This document shows, piece after piece, positions 20,172-29,101 of a DNA stretch of 57,074 nt. The stretch is taken from the NCBI GenBank assembly GCA_910578305.1, contig CAJTQH010000005.1, positions 1-57,074 on the forward strand, written 5' to 3'. Under the pieces are notes generated by a model. The model was not told where the DNA came from. It was given only the letters and a program-made list of their open reading frames with translations, and ran no database searches. This stretch comes from an uncultured Muribaculaceae bacterium. GTDB lineage: Bacteria; Bacteroidota; Bacteroidia; Bacteroidales; Muribaculaceae. The position numbers were made by a program, and so were the translations under genes. Position 1 is the first letter of the stretch. Each line of letters starts with the position of its first letter.

Positions 20172-22976
20172 ATGAATATGATCAGAAAATTCCTATCATT
20201 GGCCATGATGCTTATAGGCATATTGATGGCCGGCGCACAGCAGCCGCTTCCGCTCAATCCGGCAGTCCGACACGGTGTACTTCCCAACGGATTGACATAC
20301 TATGTACTGCATAATGAGCATCCCCGCAATCGAGCCAATTTTTATATCGCGCAGAAAGTGGGGTCGGCACTCGAAACGCCCGAACAATATGGACTTGCTC
20401 ACTTTCTCGAACACATGGCCTTCAATGGCACAAAGCATTATCCCGGCGATTCGATGCTGCGCTATCTTGAAGCTAACGGTATACGTTTCGGTGCGGATAT
20501 TAATGCCTACACCGACTATGAGGAGACGGTGTACAATATCGACAATGTACCCATGGACAGGCCGGCATTGGTAGACAGTGTGCTTCTTGCATTACGCGAC
20601 TGGAGCTGTGATCTTCTGCTTGAGGATGAAGAGATAGATGCCGAGCGTAAAGTGATTCAGGAAGAATGGCGTATGCGCAATGATCCGCACTATCGTTTCC
20701 GTGTGGCTATGGCTCCCGTTATCTTTTCTGAGCCTCAGTATCAGCTCACACCCATCGGCACTATGGATGTGGTGATGAATTTTCCGTATGACGCGCTCCG
20801 CGACTATTACCACAAGTGGTATCGCCCGGATCAGCAGGGCATAATTGTGGTGGGCGATTTTAATGCGGAAGAGATGGAGAAAAAGGTGATTGAGATGTTT
20901 TCTGACATACCTATGCCCGAAAATGCTGCTCCGCGCGATTATGTACGGGTCAGTGACAATGACGCGCCTCTGTTTTTTGCTTTCGAGGATCCGGAGGTGA
21001 AAACAGGACGCGTGGATTTTCAGATAAAATCAGATATGATGCCTATGGAGTACCGTAACACGGATGTGGCGTTGGTCAATACCATGGTACAGAATATTAT
21101 AACCGACATGATCAATACCCGGCTGTACGAACATCGGTTTGACGACGATTGTCGATACGCCAACGCCGGTGTGTATTTTGCAGAAATGTATCCATCCAAG
21201 ACCAAACAAATATTCAATGTGTCCGCTATTGCCAAAGATGATGAACTCGATGCGTTTGAAGATGCTTTTCAGGTGGTGGTCAGAGCCTGTCGCACCGGTT
21301 TTACCCAATCGGAACTGGAGCGGGCGATAGAGGAAGTGAAGTCTCGCTATGAGAAGCGTTACAATGAGCGCGACAATACTGAAACATCTGTACTTGCCAA
21401 GGAACTGATAAACGCATTCAAGGACAATGTTCCTGCAATGGGTGTTGAGGCAGAGCGTGATTTCTTCAACAATGTCATGACGCGGATTCCTGTCGAGGTA
21501 TATAATCAGGCGGTGTCGCAGCTTATCACTCCGTCAAACCGCGTAATCCTCATACAGCAGCAGAAAAAGGCCGGCAAGGAACTTCCTACCCGGCGGCAGA
21601 CTCTTGACGTGATCAGCAAAGTGCTCGACCGTAAATATGAGGCTTATGTCGATGACACTATTGCCGTACCTCTCATAGCGTCGTTGCCGGCAGAGGGTAA
21701 GATCGTTAAGACTGATGAGGGGAAATTCGGCACTATTGAGCTGTATTTGTCCAATGGCGTGAAAGTGATAGTAAAACCGACGGATTACAAGAAAGACGAG
21801 ATAATATTTCAGGCATTCAGAAAAGGAGGCAAGATGTCACGCTCCACAGCCGATGCTACCAATATGCTTATGATCGGTAGCGCTGTGGCTCTGTCCGATA
21901 TGGGGCCGTTTGACAATAAAGCCATCATGCGCTATCTGACAGGTAAAAACGTATCATTGGAATATATTTTCGGACAGGTATCCGACAATCTCAAAGGGAC
22001 AGCATCTGTCAAAGACCTGCCGACGCTGTTTGAACTAATACACACGGCGTTCACCGAAATAAATCCTAATGAGGAAAATTACAGCAATCACATGTCAAAG
22101 ATCATACCACAACTGGAAGCCGCCGAGAAATCACCTGAATTTATATTTGAATGTCATAAAAACAATGCTCTTTATGCCGGAAATCCGATGCAGGCCACTG
22201 TCACAGCCGATGTGGTGAAGAGTGCCGACTACAACCGTATGCTGCAACTTTATAAAGAATCAGTGTCTGATCCGGCCGACTATACATTCCTTTTTACCGG
22301 CAATGTGGATGTCGACACACTCAGGCCTCTGTTGGAGAAATATGTGGCGTCATTACCATCAGGGCACAAGGCCGATTCGGAACCGATTACTCCGATCAAT
22401 ACCGCCGAGGGAAATATAGTGGATAATTTCACGATTGGCATGGCAGCGCCGGCCGACTGGCTATATGGTTTTTATAGTGGCTCAAATGTCGAAAACAACA
22501 TACAGAATCATGTACGCACCTCATTGGTAGGCGATGTGGTAGACATAATCTACAATGAGATTCTGCGGGAGAAAGAGGGTGGTGTTTACAGTCCTATGGT
22601 TTATTCGTATTATGACGTAAACAATAATAAATGGAATCTGGTGTATTTCCTTAAGACCAACGATGAGCAGTCGGCACGGATGCTTGAACTGGCCGACGAA
22701 ATTATTGTGAATCTGTTGCGGGACGGAGCTACGGCTGACCAATTTAATCGTGTTAAGGGTGCGTTGCTGTCACAATACGAGAATGGAATACGTACCAATG
22801 CTTATTGGCACAATAATATTCGATTACATGAACTTCTGGGCAAGGATTTCATCACTGATCACCGTGCTGCGATTGAAACACTCACACTTGACGACTTCAA
22901 TGCATTCATGCGCCAACTCTACGACGGTAAAAATCGTATTCAGGTAAATATGCACGGAGTCGCAGAGCATTTATAA
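20172..22976 (+). CDS. M16 family zinc metallopeptidase (PqqL-like)
   Basis: GLAHFLEHMAFNGT (HXXEH inverzincin); signal peptide; LREKEGGVYS. Confidence 0.95.
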   Translation: MNMIRKFLSLAMMLIGILMAGAQQPLPLNPAVRHGVLPNGLTYYVLHNEHPRNRANFYIAQKVGSALETPEQYGLAHFLEHMAFNGTKHYPGDSMLRYLEANGIRFGADINAYTDYEETVYNIDNVPMDRPALVDSVLLALRDWSCDLLLEDEEIDAERKVIQEEWRMRNDPHYRFRVAMAPVIFSEPQYQLTPIGTMDVVMNFPYDALRDYYHKWYRPDQQGIIVVGDFNAEEMEKKVIEMFSDIPMPENAAPRDYVRVSDNDAPLFFAFEDPEVKTGRVDFQIKSDMMPMEYRNTDVALVNTMVQNIITDMINTRLYEHRFDDDCRYANAGVYFAEMYPSKTKQIFNVSAIAKDDELDAFEDAFQVVVRACRTGFTQSELERAIEEVKSRYEKRYNERDNTETSVLAKELINAFKDNVPAMGVEAERDFFNNVMTRIPVEVYNQAVSQLITPSNRVILIQQQKKAGKELPTRRQTLDVISKVLDRKYEAYVDDTIAVPLIASLPAEGKIVKTDEGKFGTIELYLSNGVKVIVKPTDYKKDEIIFQAFRKGGKMSRSTADATNMLMIGSAVALSDMGPFDNKAIMRYLTGKNVSLEYIFGQVSDNLKGTASVKDLPTLFELIHTAFTEINPNEENYSNHMSKIIPQLEAAEKSPEFIFECHKNNALYAGNPMQATVTADVVKSADYNRMLQLYKESVSDPADYTFLFTGNVDVDTLRPLLEKYVASLPSGHKADSEPITPINTAEGNIVDNFTIGMAAPADWLYGFYSGSNVENNIQNHVRTSLVGDVVDIIYNEILREKEGGVYSPMVYSYYDVNNNKWNLVYFLKTNDEQSARMLELADEIIVNLLRDGATADQFNRVKGALLSQYENGIRTNAYWHNNIRLHELLGKDFITDHRAAIETLTLDDFNAFMRQLYDGKNRIQVNMHGVAEHL

Positions 22977-23208
22977 GGCAATGAATGATAATAATATAGC
23001 GCGATTATGATATGAAAAGTTTTTTATTCGTGACCATAGATGAGGGCACTTTAGAGGCATTTCAGGAAGCGAAAGTGTCGATGCGTGGCGATAGGCTGAG
23101 TATATGCCCTGAAAAAAGTTCCGGAGTATCGGCATTTGATATCCGTATTAATTGGCATTATAATTAGTGAATTACGCTAAGGAATAACAGCTTGTAGTAC
23201 AATCGGAG

Positions 23209-23306
23209 GCTCCCGGCAGTGATGTCGGGAGTCTTCATTTTATCTGCAACCCGGATATTTCGCTATCTTTGCGTCATGCAGACGAAAAGAAAAAATTTTA
23301 TATTGC
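23209..23306 (+). repeat. 98-bp direct repeat copy A (hairpin + promoter region)
   Basis: 91/98 identical to 27047-27144; contains the GTGA-loop hairpin and TATCTTTG. Confidence 0.9.
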
Positions 23307-23346
23307 CGGAGTTGAGTTTTACGGATGTTGTGTGTCTTATTGGTGT

Positions 23347-23835
23347 ATGACGAATCAAACCGACATAGAGCAGCTTTTCAAAGCACATTACGCGCAGATG
23401 TACCGGCAGGCCGCGGCGATTCTGCACGACTGTGATCTTGCGCGCGATATAGTTCACGATGTGTTTGCTAAATTGATTGAAGATACTCCCGGGATACTCG
23501 TTTCCGGGGCATATCTCACGGCTGCCGTGCGCAACCGATGTCTCAACTATATCCGGGATTGCGAGATTCATAAGCGAATTCATTGCTTCTATTTTCTCGA
23601 AAATGAGGAATATGACAGCGATGACTGGCCTGATGAGGAAACTATGGCGAGGATTCAGGAGATTATTAGAAATGAGATATCTCCGCAGGCACGACGTGTC
23701 CTGGGATTGCGTTTTTCCGACGGACTTCCCTTTGCAAGCGTTGCGGCAACAATGGAAATAAGCGAGACTGCCGTATATCGTCACCTGAGTCATGCCCTGA
23801 AAATCATCCGTAAAAAGCTCAACGAAAATGGATAA
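23347..23835 (+). CDS. ECF RNA polymerase sigma-70 factor
   Basis: IEQLFKAHY..ARDIVHDVF..AVRNRCLNYIR (region 2); VAATMEISETAVYRHL (region 4). Confidence 0.9.
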   Translation: MTNQTDIEQLFKAHYAQMYRQAAAILHDCDLARDIVHDVFAKLIEDTPGILVSGAYLTAAVRNRCLNYIRDCEIHKRIHCFYFLENEEYDSDDWPDEETMARIQEIIRNEISPQARRVLGLRFSDGLPFASVAATMEISETAVYRHLSHALKIIRKKLNENG

Positions 23836-24469
23836 ATACGATATTGTACTTGATATAATCGAGCACCCCGACAATTACACATCGGAGCGTTTGGCCGAGA
23901 TATTGTCCGACCATGAGTGCAGGGACATCTACAATCTTCTATGCAAAGTCGATTCGGTAATAAAGGTTGAAAAAGTGATTGATGTCGACGCCGAGTGGGA
24001 GACATTTGCGCAGAACCGTGCCGTACGTTCGCGGCGGATTTTTGCATGGCCCGGCAGTCGGGCTGCTTCGATCATCGCCATAATTGGCACTTCGGTTGTT
24101 GCTGTCGCAGCAGGCATTGCATTTACATTGGCCGTGACCGACAGTAGTACTGCTACGATGGCAGTCGACGAGGTGGCTGACATGGCACCTGCTATGTCGG
24201 TGCCGACGAGCTCAGTGTCGGCAGAGCCTGATAGCGTCAGCATTGATTTGATTCCGGTGACGTTTGAAGATGAAACTCTCGATACTATAATGGCTGCTAT
24301 TGCCAGGGCTTATGGGGTAAAAGTATGTTTCAACAACAAAGACGTGGCGTCACTTCACCTGTACTATAAGTTCGATCCTTCATTGTCGCTCGACGAAGTG
24401 GTGTCACAGCTCAATACATTTGAGCAGATCAACATCAGCCAAGACGGCATTATATTAAATATTGACTGA
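23828..24469 (+). CDS. Anti-sigma factor with FecR C-terminal-type domain
   Basis: Overlaps the sigma stop; TM; FEDETLDTIMAAIARAYGVKV motif. Confidence 0.8.
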   Translation: MDKYDIVLDIIEHPDNYTSERLAEILSDHECRDIYNLLCKVDSVIKVEKVIDVDAEWETFAQNRAVRSRRIFAWPGSRAASIIAIIGTSVVAVAAGIAFTLAVTDSSTATMAVDEVADMAPAMSVPTSSVSAEPDSVSIDLIPVTFEDETLDTIMAAIARAYGVKVCFNNKDVASLHLYYKFDPSLSLDEVVSQLNTFEQINISQDGIILNID

Positions 24470-24471
24470 AA

Positions 24472-27018
24472 ATGCGCACCATACTTACCATAATTATGGC
24501 TGTGGTGACATTCATCTCAGCCAATGCCGACAGATACTACTATTCATTTGACAATACACCTGTGTCGGAGGCAATCGTCAGAATCAGTAAAGATCATCCA
24601 GAAGTCAATATATCCTTTATCTACAAGGAACTCGACAGTTACAAAACATCTGCAACAGTGCATACCGATGATGTCTACGATGCATTGCGCAGCACTATAG
24701 GACTCAATCCAGTCTCGATTATTGAGAAAGACGGAAATTACTACATAGAAGCTCTTCAGCATGGAAAGTTTTGCTACACAGGACGCGCCGTAGGCACTGA
24801 CAATGAGCCGGTAGTGGCTGCAACAGTGATGCTGCTTGCTCCGAAAGATTCAACGGTTGTGACCTACGGCATAACCGATGAGTCAGGTCGCTTCTCCATA
24901 CCGTGCGATCGTCCGGGGGTAATTGCCAAACTCACTTGTCTGGGATATGTGCCTGCGTACAAGGATTGTGAGTCTTTTGTTGTCGGTACAATAAGAATGA
25001 ACGAATTGCCGGTGCGATTAAAGGCCGTGAATGTTGAGGCCGACAATGCGTCATTGCTATCCGATAAAAGCATTTATAGACCTACCCCGCGCCAGAAAAA
25101 CGCCTCCCAGACAGCAACAGATCTGCTTGCCCGAATGGCGATTCCTCAACTTAATGCAAGGCTGGGAGCTTCTGATGTCACAACATCTTCCGGTCAGCCT
25201 GTGGCATTCTACATAGATTTTGTGCCGGCATCGGAAAATGATCTGAAAATGATGAGGATGTCAGATGTCAAAAGTGTCGAATATCTTGAATGTCCGTCAG
25301 ATCCAAGATTTCTGGGAAATAGAAACGTTATCAATTTCAGGATGATCAAATATGAGTATGGCGGATATGTAAAAGCGTTGGCTACTGAAAATTTTATAGC
25401 CAATTCCGGATTCGTGCAAGGTAATGCCCGGTTTATGAAAGACAAGATGACTTACGATATAATGGGATATGGTTATTATATGTCCAATAATCATTTCGGG
25501 GCGGATCAGACTGAGACATTCCGGTTGCCTGATGATGCGGGTGGTTTTGAATGTTTCCAACGAGAATCCTTAACAAAAACATCCAAATATCGCAGACATA
25601 ACTATGAGACGAGTCTCAGAGTGTTGTATTCTGGCGATAAAATTACTGCCAACAGTCAGATTTCGGTCGGACTTGACGACACGCCTCATCATGACAATGC
25701 GGGTGTGGTGAAATATACGGATAATCATTCTGTACAATCCGATTATAATACGGCCTCTGATTCGAAAGCAAAATATCTCGGATATAATGGATATTATTAT
25801 TTCAGCCTGCCGGCTGACAACTCATTGGCGGCATCCATCAGTTATTCATATTCGAATACCAACCAGAGTTCTCAACATATTGAGTCAGAGATTGCTCCTA
25901 TATATAATAGTGCGAGAGACAACACCCATAAAGGGAATGTCGGATTGAATTACAACCAATCACTCTCTGAAAAACATTCTTTTATGGCACACGTCAGAGG
26001 CTTGTATGAACATAATCGCACCCACTATTCTGGCTCGGTTGATGCACTCGATAATTCAACGACAAAGTTCGGGCAGATTGGTGCTACATATAACTTTACA
26101 GATACCAAGTTATCTGCTTCATTGGGCTTTGGTTGGAACTGGTTGTCGACGGAACTCAATGACAATAAGACGGTATCAGACTATCCGTATGCCGATGCGT
26201 CATTGCGCTTTGTGCCAAACAGGCGAAATTCATTCGGAGCAGTGTTCCATTATTCAGTATGGCCGCCTTCATCCAACTATAAAAGCGAAAACATCATACA
26301 GGTATCACCATTTCTATGGCATACAGGAAATCCAAAGTTGAAATCACACAGGAGTTATGACATAGGTATTAACTATACTTTTATTCCATCAAATAAATTC
26401 AACATGACAGTATTCGCTAATACTTGGCTTGTCGGTCATAGAGCGGCTTTTGTGTATGAAGCTACTTCGCAAGGGATAATAAGGACTATACGGCAACCGA
26501 TCGGTCGGTTCGGCCATTACAACTATGGTATAAATGCCACTGCAAATTGTATGGATGGTAAACTTTATTTTTCAGGACAATTGGCACAGCTTTTCGTTCA
26601 CAACGGATTGCCATATAATGTTGATCGTTCGTATATAATTTTTTATCTTCAGGCACTTTACTATTTGGGCGCTTTCAATTTTGCCATATCGTATAATTCA
26701 GAAAACGCCACCGATAATTACAATTCCATGTCGGGGATTTGGACTAAAAACAAAGATATATTTGTTGTGCAGGCCGGATGGAGCAATGCCTCATGGAATG
26801 TGAGGCTGACTGCTCAGAATCTTCAAAGATGGAACTGGAAATCATCACATGACACGATGCATAGCGACCATTATTCGGTCAATAAATGGATCAGTAATGC
26901 ATCAGGTCATGCTTTTGTTCAAATTTCTGTAACCTATACATTGGGTTTTGGTAAACAAATCAAACAAGGCAATGATATATCCAAACAGTCAGGAGCGTCT
27001 TCCGGTATTCTGAAATAA
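24472..27018 (+). CDS. TonB-receptor-like outer membrane protein with N-terminal signalling extension
   Basis: STN-like N-terminus (FDNTPVSEAI), carboxypeptidase-regulatory-like domain, paralogous to 7216-9315. Confidence 0.8.
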   Translation: MRTILTIIMAVVTFISANADRYYYSFDNTPVSEAIVRISKDHPEVNISFIYKELDSYKTSATVHTDDVYDALRSTIGLNPVSIIEKDGNYYIEALQHGKFCYTGRAVGTDNEPVVAATVMLLAPKDSTVVTYGITDESGRFSIPCDRPGVIAKLTCLGYVPAYKDCESFVVGTIRMNELPVRLKAVNVEADNASLLSDKSIYRPTPRQKNASQTATDLLARMAIPQLNARLGASDVTTSSGQPVAFYIDFVPASENDLKMMRMSDVKSVEYLECPSDPRFLGNRNVINFRMIKYEYGGYVKALATENFIANSGFVQGNARFMKDKMTYDIMGYGYYMSNNHFGADQTETFRLPDDAGGFECFQRESLTKTSKYRRHNYETSLRVLYSGDKITANSQISVGLDDTPHHDNAGVVKYTDNHSVQSDYNTASDSKAKYLGYNGYYYFSLPADNSLAASISYSYSNTNQSSQHIESEIAPIYNSARDNTHKGNVGLNYNQSLSEKHSFMAHVRGLYEHNRTHYSGSVDALDNSTTKFGQIGATYNFTDTKLSASLGFGWNWLSTELNDNKTVSDYPYADASLRFVPNRRNSFGAVFHYSVWPPSSNYKSENIIQVSPFLWHTGNPKLKSHRSYDIGINYTFIPSNKFNMTVFANTWLVGHRAAFVYEATSQGIIRTIRQPIGRFGHYNYGINATANCMDGKLYFSGQLAQLFVHNGLPYNVDRSYIIFYLQALYYLGAFNFAISYNSENATDNYNSMSGIWTKNKDIFVVQAGWSNASWNVRLTAQNLQRWNWKSSHDTMHSDHYSVNKWISNASGHAFVQISVTYTLGFGKQIKQGNDISKQSGASSGILK

Positions 27019-27046
27019 CAGGCTGCTTTATCATACGAAGTGGCAA

Positions 27047-27144
27047 GCTCCCGGCAGTGATGTCGGGAGTCATCATTTTGTCTGCAACCCTGATATTTCG
27101 CTATCTTTGCATCATGTGGATGAAAAGAAAAAATTTTATATTGC
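27047..27144 (+). repeat. 98-bp direct repeat copy B
   Basis: 91/98 identical to 23209-23306. Confidence 0.9.
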
Positions 27145-27346
27145 AAATATGTTCAGAGATGATTGGCTTGCTTCGACACAGACCTTAAATGGCTCGATAT
27201 ATTCGGACACTATGTTTCAGGGAGGCACATATTATCATCGGCGGCTCAACCTATCAATAACATATACATTCGGATATGGTAAAAAAGTTCATAGAAGTAA
27301 CGAAGTTGGAGAACAATCCGGCGGTTCATCAGCAATCTTGAAATAA
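27140..27346 (+). pseudogene. 3'-terminal remnant of an outer membrane beta-barrel gene
   Basis: LNLSITYTFGYGKKVHRSNEVGEQSGGSSAILK matches C-termini of the 7216 and 24472 proteins. Confidence 0.85.
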
Positions 27347-27382
27347 ACACCGTAAATCCATGACCTTGTCTGTTTACGGTGT
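27347..27382. terminator. Inverted repeat between convergent genes
   Basis: ACACCGTAAA/TTTACGGTGT 10-bp arms. Confidence 0.5.
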
Positions 27383-27428
27383 ATCATAAACCTACCGTGG
27401 CAATGAAGGATAGGTGTATTGGATATTT

Positions 27429-27842
27429 TTATTTACGCATGAAAAACTTGATTCTCTTTATAATGTGTCCTGTCAAAAGAAAAATCATCAGGAATCCTAA
27501 CTTTCCATGTACTCCGCCTATGGGCGCATGATTGAATGTAGCCAACCAATGTATTAAGGCAATTATCCCGGTAATCAGTGTAAGCAATGAAATCCACCAA
27601 AGAATGCGTGTAAATTGGCTCTTTAAATTGTGAAATTTTACGAACCAGTTGCAAAATCCGAAATGCAGTAATATGTGATATACGGCCATGCCAATGAACA
27701 GTAATCCGACGATGATGTGAATCCACACTGATGTTAGTCCATTGCTATGGGTTGCTTCAAGTTGTACGCCGGAAATTAGTATAGCTATTGTAAGAATAAG
27801 CAGATTCCAGTCGCATATTTTTAGCTTAGTGATCTTCTTCAT
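27429..27842 (-). CDS. Four-TM membrane protein with intramembrane histidines (DUF4405/cytochrome-b-like)
   Basis: WIHIIVG..YHILLH and VHGKLG..GHII patterns. Confidence 0.65.
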   Translation of the reverse strand: MKKITKLKICDWNLLILTIAILISGVQLEATHSNGLTSVWIHIIVGLLFIGMAVYHILLHFGFCNWFVKFHNLKSQFTRILWWISLLTLITGIIALIHWLATFNHAPIGGVHGKLGFLMIFLLTGHIIKRIKFFMRK

Positions 27843-27882
27843 AATACAAAATTACTGATTTTAATGATATTTCAATGCTTCA

Positions 27883-28023
27883 TGGATTTAGCGCGTTTCG
27901 TCTAACGAATATGCTGGCCATTAAAATCCAACACCACCGAGAGATGCCAGAGCCACCCTCGGCGGCAATCCTTAATGGTGTATCGATGTTGAAATATTCT
28001 TTTTGCCACTAAGATCTCGGTAT
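27883..28023 (+). ncRNA. 3' portion of a Bacteroidales-1 / 6S-like RNA (5' arm missing)
   Basis: GGATTTAGCGCGTTTCGTCTAAC..AAAATCC..GGCGGCAATCCTTAATGGTGTATCGATGTTGAAA..TTTTTGCCACT recognised from memory of this family; TGGATTT/AAATCCA and CCGAG/CTCGG stems are visible. Confidence 0.6.
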
Positions 28024-28126
28024 TGTAATAATAATTCGTATGGGAGAAGAAATTCATGAAAAATTAAGTTCTTATATAATAATGCTGCTTTGAGGCGTTA
28101 AATATATATTCGAAATATCAAAACGT

Positions 28127-28558
28127 ATGGAATAATTATCTGATAGTGAACGGTGAGATTGTAGGTCCGATGACAGCACGTCAACTGGTGTCCTACAATA
28201 TCGATGAACAGACTTCGGTAAGTGTCGACGGCATCGAGTGGAAGCCGCTATACTATATAAGTATCCGGAGGTGATGTATGAGTATCGGAATCAAATGTAC
28301 ATGAATCCATCGTATTCAGATGCGGAGTCGAAGCGGATATTGTGCGGTGTACTGGCCATTCTGATAGGAACGCTCGGCATACATTACTTTTTGATGGGCA
28401 AGACTCGGGCCGGTATATTCACCATATTGTTATCGTTGGTATCATGCGGACTTTGGGGTGTAGTCATGTTCGTACAGGGCATAATGATGCTCATTATGTC
28501 CGATATGGAATTTAGAAGCAAATATATTGACACGCCATCTTCGTTTCCGATTTTCTGA
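28127..28558 (+). pseudogene. GYF_2-like + TM2 domain protein disrupted by two insertions
   Basis: YLIVNGEIVGPMTARQL..WKPLY frame, then YPEV..KRILCGVLAILIGTLGIHYFLMG (TM2) frame. Confidence 0.75.
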
Positions 28559-28561
28559 CGA

Positions 28562-29101
28562 TTATTTCACGCCGTAGACCGTATGGTGAAGCTGTGATGC
28601 GGCATCGGCAGTGTCTATGCCGGAGTCTGTGCCAGCTGTCATCAGCATAAGTGGCACGGGCGGAAGTCCGAGGCCATAAGGCGGCTGTGTGTAGCTGAAC
28701 GAACGGTGGGCTGTAAAGCCACATCGTTCGTAGAATCGAATACGCCGATCGGCCATATCGTTGGCTCCCGGCAGTTCTACTTCGAGCACCACGGGGTGCG
28801 ACATAAGTCCGACAAACTCTGTGATGGCAGCAGCTCCTATGCCATTGCCGCGAGTGGAAGGCGAAACGGCAAAATGTTCCACATAGATTATACCTTTAAG
28901 CTGCCACCATGTGATGAATCCGCACACATTGCCTTCGTATGTGATGAGAGAGAGCCGCAGTGGTGACGACGGGTCGGCGACGCGGGATTCGATGTCGCCC
29001 CACTCTCTGCGCTCTTCAGGCGGGAATGATGAGTGGTACAGTTCTTTTATTATCGAAGGTATGGGGCTGTTATGGTCGTGTAGAGTCAGTAGATTTGTCA
29101 T
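28562..29101 (-). CDS. GNAT family N-acetyltransferase
   Basis: YVEHFAVSPSTRGNGIG acetyl-CoA motif; RRIRFYERCGF. Confidence 0.9.
   Translation of the reverse strand: MTNLLTLHDHNSPIPSIIKELYHSSFPPEERREWGDIESRVADPSSPLRLSLITYEGNVCGFITWWQLKGIIYVEHFAVSPSTRGNGIGAAAITEFVGLMSHPVVLEVELPGANDMADRRIRFYERCGFTAHRSFSYTQPPYGLGLPPVPLMLMTAGTDSGIDTADAASQLHHTVYGVK

Noticed and set aside
27866..27998. GATATTTCAATG pairing with TGTTGAAATATT as proof of a complete 6S RNA
   Set aside because: AT-rich 12-mer with three wobbles, and the partner for the terminal TTTTTGCCACT is still missing
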